DNA from: Obrimoposthia wandeli
Taxonomy: Eukaryota
Direction of reading: 5' to 3'
Assembly: GCA_977020255.1 (NCBI GenBank)
Contig: CDROCS010006440.1
Location: 1 to 51,496, forward strand
Length of the DNA stretch: 51,496 bases
Shown here: positions 20,820 to 31,312 of the stretch, one piece after another
Numbering within the stretch: position 1 is the stretch's first letter
How the letters are laid out: each line of letters starts with the position of its first letter
The notes under the pieces: model-generated
What the model was told of the DNA's origin: nothing
Databases searched by the model: none
Seen by the model: only the letters and a program-made list of their open reading frames with translations
Translations under genes and position numbers: made by a program

Positions 20820-22080
20820 TGATTTTAGCATCTATAATATTCCTAATCACTCTTATTTTTGTTATCTGGCAACCTCGTGGTTTACAAATAGGAACTACTG
20901 CTATTATCGGTGCTATTATTGCACTTGTTTTTGGAGTAGTTAGCTTAAGTGATGTTGGTATAGTTTTTGACATCATCTGGGATGCGACTCTGGCTTTTAT
21001 CGGAATAATCATCCTATCTATGGTTTTAGACGAGATAGGTTTCTTTGAATGGGCGGCTCTTAAGATGGCAAAACTTTCTCATGGAAATGGGCATCTAATG
21101 TTTTTCTACTTCATCATACTTGGAGCGATAGTGTCTGCTTTGTTTGCAAATGATGGAGCTGCTCTAATCCTTACTCCTATCTTACTTGCAAAGATGAACA
21201 TTCTTCGTTTAAATACAAAAACAATCCTAGCATTTTTACTTGCAGGTGGTTTTATTAGTGACAGTGCATCTCTGCCTTTTGTATTTTCAAACCTAACAAA
21301 CATCGTAACTGCAAACTACTTTGACATTGGCTTTGCAGAATTTTTCTCAAATATGATTCTTCCTTATTTTGTAAGTATACTATCCTTTTTATCTATGGAT
21401 GTTCTTTGGGTAGTTTTAAGAAAAGATATACCAACAAAAGTAGATATCAACTTACTGAAAAATCCGAACGATGTTATAAAACATAGAGGTTTATTTAACT
21501 TTAGCTGGTTATTTTTAGCTCTTTTACTTAGTGGTTATTTTATCGGAGATGCTTACGATATTCCTGTTTCTGTCTTTGCTCTTGGTGGTGGTGTTTTGTT
21601 TTTACTGATTGCATCAATAACAAAAACTGTAGAACCTAAGCGCATTATCAAAGAAGCACCTTGGCAAGTTGTATGGTTCTCTCTTGGTCTTTACATCGTT
21701 GTTTATGGTCTAAAAAATGCAGGACTCACAGACTATATAAGTGAGATACTTGTATATCTAAACTCTCAAAGTGATGTTGTTGCAGTCTTAGGAACAGGAT
21801 TTTTAGCAGCATTTTTAAGTGCTTTTATGAACAATATGCCAACAATCATGGTGATGGATATAGCACTTGTTGACATTGCAAATGAAGCAATGATTTACGC
21901 AAATATAGTTGGATGTAATCTTGGTCCAAAAAAATGACACCATTTGGCTCACTAGCAACCCTACTTTGGCTTCACTCTTTAGAGAAAAAAGGTGTTCACA
22001 TAGATTTCTGGTCATATTCAAAATTTGGTCTTATAGTAACTCCGCCTGTTCTTCTTGTAGTTTTACTATCCCTTACGTAA
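20819..22080 (+). CDS. arsB: Arsenite efflux pump; +1 error in the A7 run near 21930
   Basis: [24 protein letters not shown]; corrected C-terminus [17 protein letters not shown]. Confidence 0.92.
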
Positions 22081-22093
22081 AGGTTATAAAAAA

Positions 22094-23026
22094 TGTGGAA
22101 AGATAACAGATTGCTTTACATATATGATTTTTAAAACTTCAAGAGACATCTAGGGAAAACGTTAATTTCTTCATCTATGACACTATAAATATATGTTTTT
22201 TACTAATACCTATTATATTTGTAGTCTCATATCTAAGAACTCATTTTAATACAGAATACGTAAGAGCACATCTACAAGGAAAATCTCAATTATATGGAAA
22301 TGTATTGGCATCTTTATTTGGGATAGTGACTCCATTTTGTAGCTGCTCTGCAATACCACTATTTTTAGGTTTTATCCAAGCTAGAATTCCTTTAGGTGTT
22401 ACTTTTTCATTTCTTATAAGTTCACCTATGAATAACGAAATAGCTATAGCACTTCTTTTTGGACTTTTTGGTTGGAAAGTGACAGCTATATATATCGGTT
22501 TTGGTCTTTTAGTTTCTATTCTTGGTGGATACTTCATCGGTCGCATGAATATGGAGAAATACATTCTTATGGATGTTAAGCAGATGCAAGGAGAGCTTGA
22601 AAAAGTTCAAATAAGTCTAACTCAAAAAGAACTGACAAAAATAATTATACTTGATATTTAAAAAATATATATTTATGTTCTCATAGGTGTCAGGATTGAA
22701 CAGTTATACAGCAAAAATATATTCCAGCTGACTTTATAGCATCTTACACAGGAGCAGATAATCCATTTGCAGTAATCATAGCTGTTATTATGGGAATACC
22801 AATGTATTCAAATGCAGCAGGAGTTATGCCTCTTGTTGAAGTACTAACGGGCAAAGGTATGCTTCTTGGAACTGCACTTAGTTTTATGATGGCAGTTACT
22901 GCACTTAGTCTTCCAGAAGCGATGATACTAAAAAGAATACTTCACGTTAAACTTATCGCTATGTTTTTTGCCATTGTTGGTTTAGGAATCATTGCTATAG
23001 GCTATATGTTTAATTTTATACTATAA
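22094..23026 (+). CDS. arsP: ArsP/DUF318 permease; multiple frameshifts
   Basis: TPFCSCSAIP, FLISSP, GIPMYSN, LSLPE..IL. Confidence 0.85.
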
Positions 23027-23036
23027 AGGAAAAATA

Positions 23037-23270
23037 ATGAAAATAGAAATACTTGGCACAGGCTGTGCAAAATGTAAAACACTAGAAGAGGTTGCAAAAC
23101 AAGCTATCTCAAAAATAGGTGGATTTCACTCAGTTACTAAAGTTGATGATTTACAAAAGATTATGGATTATGGAGTCATGAATACACCTGGTTTAGTTGT
23201 TGATGGTGTTGTTAAAAGCACTGGAAAAGTTTTGAGTGTTGAAGAGATGCTAACTATTTTACAAGCTTAA
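23037..23270 (+). CDS. Small thioredoxin-like redox-active disulfide protein
   Basis: ILGTGCAKC, VMNTPGLVVDG. Confidence 0.92.
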   Translation: MKIEILGTGCAKCKTLEEVAKQAISKIGGFHSVTKVDDLQKIMDYGVMNTPGLVVDGVVKSTGKVLSVEEMLTILQA

Positions 23271-23333
23271 CAATTCAAGCTATTATTTGTTATACTACCT
23301 CATAAAAAGACTTCTTTACAAAAAAGGATAAAA

Positions 23334-23915
23334 ATGAAAAAAATAATAATATCTGCTTTATTGGGATGTAGTTTATTATCTACTCAACTCTTAGCAGAAG
23401 ATAGTACTATCTATATTGGTATTGATGGAATTAATAGTAGTAATACTTTTACTTACAAGCTAGATGGTTACACGGGGGATACTGAATCCACTAGTAATAG
23501 TAATGCCTTAAAGCTAAAACTTGGTTGGATAAGAGAAAATGGTTCCAGAACACAAATTTATTATCTACAAGAGAGATATGATGACACCATTTTTGACACT
23601 TCTAACAATACTCTTACTGAAGTTGGCCTTGATTTTATAAAAGATTTTCAGCTTAGTCCAGTACTATCTCCATTTATCCAAGCTGGTATAGGATATGGAT
23701 GGATGAATATTGATGGTTACTCTGAAAGTGAGATATCTGAGGTTAATGCAAAAGCAGGTGGTGGTCTTATATTTAGAGCATCTGAAGAAATTGAACTTTT
23801 AATAGGGGTAGATTTTCAAGTTAAAAGATGGTCAGATAGAGAATCTGGTTCTTCTACAATAGAAACTAATGAAGATTCTACTAAGTACTACATAGGTGCA
23901 AATCTTCTTTTTTAA
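23334..23915 (+). CDS. Outer-membrane beta-barrel protein, paralogue 1
   Basis: Signal peptide, PFIQAGIGYG, terminal Phe; own TGTTATACT promoter upstream. Confidence 0.85.
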   Translation: MKKIIISALLGCSLLSTQLLAEDSTIYIGIDGINSSNTFTYKLDGYTGDTESTSNSNALKLKLGWIRENGSRTQIYYLQERYDDTIFDTSNNTLTEVGLDFIKDFQLSPVLSPFIQAGIGYGWMNIDGYSESEISEVNAKAGGGLIFRASEEIELLIGVDFQVKRWSDRESGSSTIETNEDSTKYYIGANLLF

Positions 23916-23975
23916 CTCTTTAAGATTATTATTTGTTGTGATTTAATATAATCAAAATTATGTAAACTAAAAAGG

Positions 23976-24563
23976 ATGAACATGAAAAAAGTAATTATAG
24001 GTGCTTTATTAGGTTGTAGTTTATTATCTACTCAAGTATTTGCTGAGAGCAAAAACATATATATTGGTCTAGATGTAACCAAAAGTAGTAATGAATTTTC
24101 AACTGATAAAGATGGTTATTCAGGAAGTGTAACAAGAGACAGTGATAGTAGTGCATTTAAACTAAAAGTTGGTAGATTACTTGAAAATAACTGGAGAGCT
24201 CAACTTTACTATCTTCAAGAAACATATGATGATGCTATGTTTGATTCAACAAATGAGTCTCTTAGTGAGGTTGGTTTTGATGTTATAAAAGAGTATGAAC
24301 TTAGTGATGTACTATTTCCATTTGCTCAAGTTGGAATCGGTTACGGATGGATGGACATAGATGGATATTCAAGTTCTAGTATTAATGAAGTAAACGCTAA
24401 ATTTGGTGTAGGTCTTATATTTAAAGTTGCGCCAGCATTTGAAATCTTAACAGGAGCAGATGCTCAATATAAAAAATGGTCAGATAGAGAAATTGGCTCT
24501 GCTACAATAAAGACTAGTGAATCATCTACTAAGTTTTACATAGGTGCAAACTACCACTTCTAA
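23976..24563 (+). CDS. Outer-membrane beta-barrel protein, paralogue 2
   Basis: Signal peptide, PFAQVGIGYG, IGANYHF terminus. Confidence 0.87.
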   Translation: MNMKKVIIGALLGCSLLSTQVFAESKNIYIGLDVTKSSNEFSTDKDGYSGSVTRDSDSSAFKLKVGRLLENNWRAQLYYLQETYDDAMFDSTNESLSEVGFDVIKEYELSDVLFPFAQVGIGYGWMDIDGYSSSSINEVNAKFGVGLIFKVAPAFEILTGADAQYKKWSDREIGSATIKTSESSTKFYIGANYHF

Positions 24564-24579
24564 TTCAACTATTAAAGTT

Positions 24580-24611
24580 AATAGCTATAGAATATAAACA
24601 CTATAGCTATT
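24580..24611. terminator. Hairpin between the convergent OMP2 and dctP genes
   Basis: AATAGCTATAG-N10-CTATAGCTATT, 11-bp perfect inverted repeat. Confidence 0.65.
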
Positions 24612-24638
24612 CTCTCATACCTCTCACTTTAACCTAAA

Positions 24639-25695
24639 CTATCTAGTTTGTAAATAAACCTTGTCACTTATATCTGTCCAAGCTTCAGCTTTTTTCTGAT
24701 ACTCTCTTTGTGATTCTAATATCTCTTTAAACAAAGGGTCTTTTCTTGCTTGTTCATCAAATATCTCTTTTGAAGCAACTTTTAATGCGTCTATTATCTC
24801 TTTTGAAAATGTCTTTACTTTAATATTTGGATAGTCCTGTTTTATCTTAGCCCACGTTAGAGCATTTTGATAATTTGCTTTTTGCATCATTTCAAAAGTA
24901 GCTACTTTAAATGCACTTTTTAGGATTACTTGTAAATCATTTGGTAATTTTTTAAACTTTTTCTCATTTATTATAAATTGTAACTCACTAGCTGGTTCTT
25001 GCCAAGCAGTATAATAAAATGGTGCAATTTTATGCAAACCCAACTTAGTATCAAAGTATGGACTAACCCACTCAACTGCATCTATAGTCCCTAACTCTAA
25101 AGACATATAAAGTTCACCAGGAGCTATATTTACAGCATTTACACCTAGTTTTGCCATAACTTCACCACCAAGACCAGGGATTCTAAATTTTAAACCTTTT
25201 AAATCATCTAAATGTTTGATCTCTTTTTTAAACCAGCCACCCATTTGAATACCGGTGTTTCCTCCCATAAAAGTAAGTAAGCCATGCTTTTCATAAACTT
25301 TTTGAGCCAGTTCTTTTCCTCCACCTTCATAGTACCAAGAGTACTGCTCATTTGGAGTCATACCAAAAGGAACTGTAGTAAAGAAAACCATTTTAAAATC
25401 TTTTCCCTTATAGTAGTAAGATGCAGTATGACCTATATCGTAGAGTCCTTGCTTTACAAAATCAAAGATTCCAAAAGGAGCCTTATGTTTTTCTGCTCCA
25501 TCTACTCTTATTTTCAAACGACCATCTGACATTTCATTTGCAAGCTCGGCTGCACGTAAAGCTGTTGCAGCTAAGATTGGTGTTGTTTTTTTCCATGACA
25601 TAGCCATTTTCAATTTATGTTTTTGCACTAAGTCCTGTTGTAGTTAAACCTAAAACTACTAAAGAGCCTAAAGCAACTTTTACTAAAATATTCAC
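24639..25695 (-). CDS. TRAP transporter substrate-binding protein (DctP/TakP-like); signal peptide region frameshifted
   Basis: FTTVPFGM, GNTGIQMGGWF, LKFRIPG, GELY.SLE.G.ID; GTG at 25695 with AAAGG SD gives MNILVKVALGSLVVLGLTTTGLSA after indel correction. Confidence 0.88.
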
Positions 25696-25871
25696 AAGTA
25701 AACCTTTGTTATCTAAATTTGATAAGATAATATCTTATTGTTATTTATAAACTCTTAATTTAAGTAAAATCTCCCTTTAACAATCTTCATATAACAAAAA
25801 AGATACAATGTCAGCAATAATTTACGTTGCAAATCACGTAAAGTAAATAACGGAATAACCAAGGAAAAACA

Positions 25872-26726
25872 ATGAAACAAAGCGAATACCTAGAACTAGG
25901 TCAAATGAACACACTTTATATAGACAGACTCACAACTCCAGGCGCATACCTGACAGCACTTGATGGAAATGATGTACTTCTACCAGGACAATACCTAACT
26001 CCAGAAATGAAAGAAAGAACATTTATAGATGTATTTTTATATACTGACTCAGAAGATAGACTTGTAGCTACAACACTAACTCCAACTGCAAAACTTGATG
26101 AGATGGCACTATTTGAAGTTATAGACACTGCACCTTTTGGAGCATTTATGGACTGGGGTTTAAGTAAAGATCTCTTAGTTCCCAATATGTTTCAAAAAAC
26201 TCCTTTTAAAGTAGGTGAAAAAAGATTTATAAAAGTAATCTACGATGAGAGAGAATACCGTCTTATTTAAGGAACTGAAACTTGGTGATTTTTTGAGCAT
26301 AAGGTTAAAGGAATCAAAATAGCTGATGAAGTTAATATGTTAGTTATTGCAAAAACTCCACTTGGCTACAAATGTATTGTAGAAGACAAATACGAAGGTC
26401 TTATTTATCATAACGAAATATTTGAAAATCTAAATCTTGGTGACAAGAGAAAAGCTTATGTAAAAGGTATTAGAAAAGATGGAAATATTGATTTAAATCT
26501 TAGAAAAGCCGGTAGTAAAAAAAGTTCTGGACCTTCAGATAAAGTTCTTGAACTTTTAAAAGCAAACAATGGAATTATGCCGTACAACTATAAAAGTGAT
26601 GCAGAACTTATCAAAGATATTTTTGGTCTTAGCAAAAAAGATTTTAAACGTTCACTTACAGCCTTGCAAGATGCAGGGAAGATTGAAGTAAAAGATACTG
26701 GAATATATATAAAGGATGGAAAATAA
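25872..26726 (+). CDS. cvfB: CvfB-family S1 RNA-binding protein; frameshift near 26260-26300
   Basis: GAYL, VFLYTDSEDR, GAFMDWGL.KDLLVP, winged-helix FGLSKKDFKR. Confidence 0.88.
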
Positions 26727-26938
26727 TGGGAAAGAAAAAGAAAAAAAGTATAGAACTTTCAGATAAAAAAATCAAATTTACAGTTGATAAAATTTCATAC
26801 AAAGCAATTCGATACTATCCTACTGCTATGAGTCTAGATGCTATGGCTACAGACGAAGATGGTGAAAAGATAGGTGTAAAAAACCTTCCTTTTGCATATA
26901 TTCCAAAAGATATAAAGAAACTTATTAAGCCAAATTAA
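26726..26938 (+). CDS. Small basic hypothetical protein
   Basis: 70 aa ORF overlapping the cvfB stop by one base; AAGGA SD. Confidence 0.75.
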   Translation: MGKKKKKSIELSDKKIKFTVDKISYKAIRYYPTAMSLDAMATDEDGEKIGVKNLPFAYIPKDIKKLIKPN

Positions 26939-26975
26939 CTATAATTGTTCCAAATATAAAAAAGGAACTACTTTC

Positions 26976-28188
26976 ATGTCTACACCTTACTTAGAGTCAA
27001 CTCCAGATGAAAATGGATTTTTTGGAAAATTTGGAGGCTCTTTTATCCCTCCAGTTTTAGAAAAACCATTTGCTGATATCACTCAAGCCTACAAAGAGTT
27101 AAAAGATTCTCCGGAGTTTATTAAAGAACTTAAATATGTTAGAAAGCACTATCAGGGGAGACCTACTCCTATCTCTTTTGCAAAAAATTTAACCCAGCTT
27201 TGTGGCGGGGCAAAAATCTACTTAAAAAGAGAAGACTTAAATCATACAGGAGCACATAAACTAAACCACTGTATGGCTGAAGTAATACTGGCAAAGCATC
27301 TAGGAAAAACAAAGGTAATTGCTGAAACTGGTGCAGGACAACATGGGGTTGCTCTTGCAACAGCGGCAGCTTACTTTGGACTAGAGTGTGAGATTCATAT
27401 GGGTGAGGTAGATATTGCTAAAGAGCATCCAAATGTTATTCGCATGAAAATTCTTGGTGCTAAGATCATCCCTGTGACTCACGGATTAAAAACTTTAAAA
27501 GAAGCAGTTGATTCTGCATTTGACAGCTATGTTATAAACAGTATATTTACTGCACCTATCAGGCGTTGTTGGACCTCATCCTTTTCCAATGATGGTAAGA
27601 GATTTTCAGTCTGTTATAGGACATGAAGCAAAAGAGCAGTTTTGTGAGCATGAAGAGAATCTTCCAGATGCAGTAGTTGCATGTGTTGGTGGTGGAAGTA
27701 ATGCTATGGGTATCTTTGCTGGATTTATTGACGACAAAGAAGTAGAACTTCACGGTGTTGAACCAATGGGTAAAGGTGACAAACTTGGTGAACACGCTGC
27801 ATCTCTTACTCATGGAGAAGAGGGAATAATGCACGGATTTAACTCTATAATGCTTAAAAGTGCAGATGGTGAGCCTGCTCCTGTTTACTCTATTGGTTCT
27901 GGTATTGATTATCCATCTGTTGGACCTGAACATGCACATCTTCAAGCAATAGGCAGAACAACTGTTGGTCTTTGTAATGATGAAGAGGCAATAGATGCTT
28001 TCTTTAAACTTTCTCAACTAGAAGGTATCATACCTGCATTAGAATCTGCTCACGCTGTAGGATATGCGATGAAGTTAGCTAAGACTATGAGTAGCGATCA
28101 AACTATCCTTATAAATCTAAGTGGTAGAGGAGACAAAGATATTGACTTCATGGTTGAAAACCACCCTATTCCAAACGCTAAATTTTAG
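26976..28188 (+). CDS. trpB: Tryptophan synthase beta subunit, stand-alone; frameshift near 27530-27590
   Basis: [12 protein letters not shown] (PLP Lys), [41 protein letters not shown]. Confidence 0.95.
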
Positions 28189-28196
28189 ATTTTATA

Positions 28197-28226
28197 TTCA
28201 CATTTGAGATTACTCTCATATGTGAA
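28197..28226 (-). terminator. Hairpin between the convergent trpB and MarR-GNAT genes
   Basis: 12/13-bp stem; loop reads GUAA (GNRA) on the minus strand. Confidence 0.65.
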
Positions 28227-28239
28227 ATAAACAACACTG

Positions 28240-29193
28240 CTATAAAATTAGCTCCATTGCATAGTTTGATCTCTCATAATCACTTTGATAATTCATCACC
28301 TGTTGAAATCCTAACTTTTTATACATAGACATTGCTGGAGTTAGTACAACATTTGTTTCTATAAAAATAGATTTTGCGCCAAGTTCTTTTGCTTTATCTA
28401 TAGCAACATTTGCTAACATGAACCCTATACCTTTTCTTTGATATTCTTTTTCTACAACCATCTTTGCAAGTTCAAAATCATATTTAGAATCATTTAGTTT
28501 TACTAGAGAGCAAACTGCAATAGCTTTACTCTCATATAAAGCCACAAGAATAGCACCACCCTTGTTTATAATAAGCTCTTGGGGATTATCTAAAACTTTA
28601 ATGTCTTTTTCTTCCATTGTAAAAGACTCTTCTATCCACTCTTTATTTAGCTTTTTAAAATCATTCTTGTAAATATCTTTATATGAAACTATTTCTATAC
28701 TATCTGCTTCTCTTTTTCTCATTTGTTTTAACATTCTTGGATAAGTTGATTCTACGTCTAATAAATTTTCAAATTCTTCTAAAGCAAGCCATAGATTATG
28801 TTTCATACCACCTATCATATTCTCTAGTACAATCTCTGCATCTATGTGTTGAGATTTCAAACCTTTTATCCGCTCTCTACCGTAAGAACTAAAACTTATG
28901 TTTGTTTTTCTTTTGTCATTTTCATCTTTTGTCTCATCTAACATCCCAGCTTTTGACATCTCTTGTACAATTTTTACAACTGCGACATGCGAAAATCCAA
29001 GCTCTTGAGCAATTTGCGTAACTGTTGTAGACTCAGTGTCTAGAAGCAAAAATACAACTGGATACCATTTTGGTTTTATATCTACACCATATAGTTCATA
29101 TATTTTTTCAGACTCTTTTAGTACTCTTTCACTTAGAACTCTCATTCTTGTTCCAACTGCTTTTACTCCAGTTTTGTCAAATAGTTTATTCAT
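28240..29193 (-). CDS. MarR-type HTH fused to a GNAT acetyltransferase
   Basis: IAQELGFSHVAV...D..DKRK; ELAKMVV..YQRKGIG; LET/IETN..L.PA..MYKKLGF. Confidence 0.92.
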   Translation of the reverse strand: MNKLFDKTGVKAVGTRMRVLSERVLKESEKIYELYGVDIKPKWYPVVFLLLDTESTTVTQIAQELGFSHVAVVKIVQEMSKAGMLDETKDENDKRKTNISFSSYGRERIKGLKSQHIDAEIVLENMIGGMKHNLWLALEEFENLLDVESTYPRMLKQMRKREADSIEIVSYKDIYKNDFKKLNKEWIEESFTMEEKDIKVLDNPQELIINKGGAILVALYESKAIAVCSLVKLNDSKYDFELAKMVVEKEYQRKGIGFMLANVAIDKAKELGAKSIFIETNVVLTPAMSMYKKLGFQQVMNYQSDYERSNYAMELIL

Positions 29194-29205
29194 ATTTTTT
29201 TCCTA

Positions 29206-29346
29206 TTAAAGTGATAATAATTTCCATTCGTATACTCTTTTAATTTCTTGTTTTGCTGGATGTATAACTTTATGACTTCTACTAATTGTAGATTCAAAAA
29301 TGATTATCATAAATAATATTACTAAGATAATTCCAATATATTTCAT
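29206..29346 (-). CDS. 46-aa small membrane-anchored protein (below the ORF-track cutoff)
   Basis: MKYIGIILVILFMIIIFESTISRSHKVIHPAKQEIKRVYEWKLLSL*; AAAGGA SD 6 nt before ATG. Confidence 0.65.
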   Translation of the reverse strand: MKYIGIILVILFMIIIFESTISRSHKVIHPAKQEIKRVYEWKLLSL

Positions 29347-29359
29347 ATCAAATCCTTTA

Positions 29360-29407
29360 TATGTAACTGATTACGTAATTATATACATATTCTACTGGAT
29401 TTGTCAA
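29360..29407 (-). promoter_or_regulatory. Sigma70 promoter (TTGACA 29402-29407, 18-nt spacer, TATAAT 29378-29383) with palindrome TATGTAA-CTGA-TTACGTA (29360-29377) over the start site
   Basis: Consensus hexamers read directly; 6/7 inverted repeat. Confidence 0.7.
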
Positions 29408-29414
29408 ATTAATA

Positions 29415-30599
29415 TTATTTTACACCCTTTTTGTACTCAATTCTTTTTGCATAAAATAAAAAGAATATGCCTATAAACACTATTAGCGCGGTTAGATAAA
29501 GAGTTGAATTATAATTTCCGAACTTTTCTATTAGCGCCACGCTGTAAAGTGGTGCACTAACTTGTCCGATGCCATATGCAGCTGTCATAGAACCCATAAG
29601 CACTACAGGGTTTTTACCAGCTAGTTTTCCACCAAGATTCATAAACAGAGCAACCAAACCTATAAATGTACTTCCGTACAAAGCACCACTTAGTAAGTTT
29701 AAGTAGATGTTTGTACTTAGTGCCGGAATCAAGATGCCAATCACTTGTAAGGCCATAGCTAATATTATAATATTTAAACTGCCATACTTATGAGCTAATA
29801 TCATCCAGATTATGGAAGATGGTATCCCCGCTAATCCTACTATTAACCAAGCAACACTTCCATAACCACCAAGTCCCTCTAAAGAGTTTATAATATCTGG
29901 TAGAAATGTACCTTGAACAACAAAACCTGCACCAGCTGTAAAGTATGCAAGGATTAAAAGAATTACCTGTGTAGAGAATATAGACTTTGATAGTTTATGC
30001 TTGATGGCATCTAGTTTTAATACCTTATCAAAAGAGAGGATATACATACAGTATAAAGATACGACAAATGCACAAAGACTCAAAGTAAGCCAAGAATCAA
30101 CCCAACTACCGTTTTGCAGTGTATATTGGCTTATTAACTCACTAGACACTATAGCAATACCAATTCCGCTAAAGTGTATGCCCATAGCCTTTGTTTTATC
30201 CTCATAGTTTAATTTGACCATAACTAATGCTCCACCAACTATCAAAACCATAGAAGAACCAAAACCTGCGACAATTCTTGAGACTAACCATAAAGTCTCA
30301 TTATCAGTTGTTGCTAAAACTATTGTGGTGAGAACACTTAAAACAAGCCCCAGTCTAAAATACTTTACTTTGGTGTTTATATCTTTCATAAAAATAGTAA
30401 AAATAGAACCACTAAGATAACCTGCAAAATTAAAAGAAGCCAAGACTCCTGCATCTGTAATAGTTAAAAAGTCATCGAGCATAGACGGTAAAAGAGAAGT
30501 AAAAGCAAATCTTGCAACACCTACACCTACAAAAAGAGTGAGTATTCCCGCAAGTAATATTGCCGCATTATTATTTCTGTCAAATAAGTTTATATTCAT
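29415..30599 (-). CDS. YbfB/YjiJ-family MFS transporter
   Basis: G.ARFAFT.LLP.M, AS.NF.GYL.G; about 12 hydrophobic segments. Confidence 0.9.
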   Translation of the reverse strand: MNINLFDRNNNAAILLAGILTLFVGVGVARFAFTSLLPSMLDDFLTITDAGVLASFNFAGYLSGSIFTIFMKDINTKVKYFRLGLVLSVLTTIVLATTDNETLWLVSRIVAGFGSSMVLIVGGALVMVKLNYEDKTKAMGIHFSGIGIAIVSSELISQYTLQNGSWVDSWLTLSLCAFVVSLYCMYILSFDKVLKLDAIKHKLSKSIFSTQVILLILAYFTAGAGFVVQGTFLPDIINSLEGLGGYGSVAWLIVGLAGIPSSIIWMILAHKYGSLNIIILAMALQVIGILIPALSTNIYLNLLSGALYGSTFIGLVALFMNLGGKLAGKNPVVLMGSMTAAYGIGQVSAPLYSVALIEKFGNYNSTLYLTALIVFIGIFFLFYAKRIEYKKGVK

Positions 30600-31312
30600 A
30601 ATATTTTCTCTTTTAAAAAACAGCCTACACCATAAGGCTTTTTAGAATAAAACTCTTTAGAGTGGTTTACTATAAGTGCATGATACTCTTGAAAAACTAT
30701 CACTCTGTCTTTTTCATCTTTGATAGATGCTTCTAAAGAGTCTTGCATCAGTTTTTTCATATCCTTATATTTTGCCCTCTCATCTATAAGTCCAAGTTCT
30801 AAGAGAACTCTTTTAGTATATGCATCTACTTTAAACTCTGGCATCTTATATCCATATAAGAGTATAGAGTCAGCAGTTTCTTCTCCTATCCCTAAAACTG
30901 ATAAAAGCTCATTTCTTGAAGGAACTTTTGCATCTAAAGATTCAAAAAAGGAGATAAACTCTAAAATATACTTAGCTTTTTGATTATGATATCCAGATGG
31001 TTTTATAGCAAGTTTTAGCTCATCTATATCTAAATCTTTTATTACTTTTGGAGTTAATGCATCTAAGTTTTTTAGATTATGAAGAGATTTCACAACGGAA
31101 GTAAAACTTGTATTTTGTGTAAGTATAGAGCCTAAACAAACTTCAAATAGCTCGTTTGCATCTCTTGGAAAAGTATAGTCCTCTATATGATAACCATCAG
31201 TATTTCCATTTTTAGACTTGTTTGCTCCATCATGGTTTATAAATGGCCACCAACCCTGAGGTCCATAAGCTTCATAAAGAATTTTATAAATATCATATAT
31301 TTTATTTGTCAT
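30596..31312 (-). CDS. HhH-GPD DNA glycosylase without an Fe-S cluster (MagIII-like)
   Basis: GPQGWWP, ILTQNT, IKPSGY..QKA, GIGEETADSILLY, VDAYT.R. Confidence 0.88.
   Translation of the reverse strand: MTNKIYDIYKILYEAYGPQGWWPFINHDGANKSKNGNTDGYHIEDYTFPRDANELFEVCLGSILTQNTSFTSVVKSLHNLKNLDALTPKVIKDLDIDELKLAIKPSGYHNQKAKYILEFISFFESLDAKVPSRNELLSVLGIGEETADSILLYGYKMPEFKVDAYTKRVLLELGLIDERAKYKDMKKLMQDSLEASIKDEKDRVIVFQEYHALIVNHSKEFYSKKPYGVGCFLKEKIL

Noticed and set aside
25815-25835. TTGCA as a sigma54 -12 element
   Set aside because: The required GG at -24 is absent.
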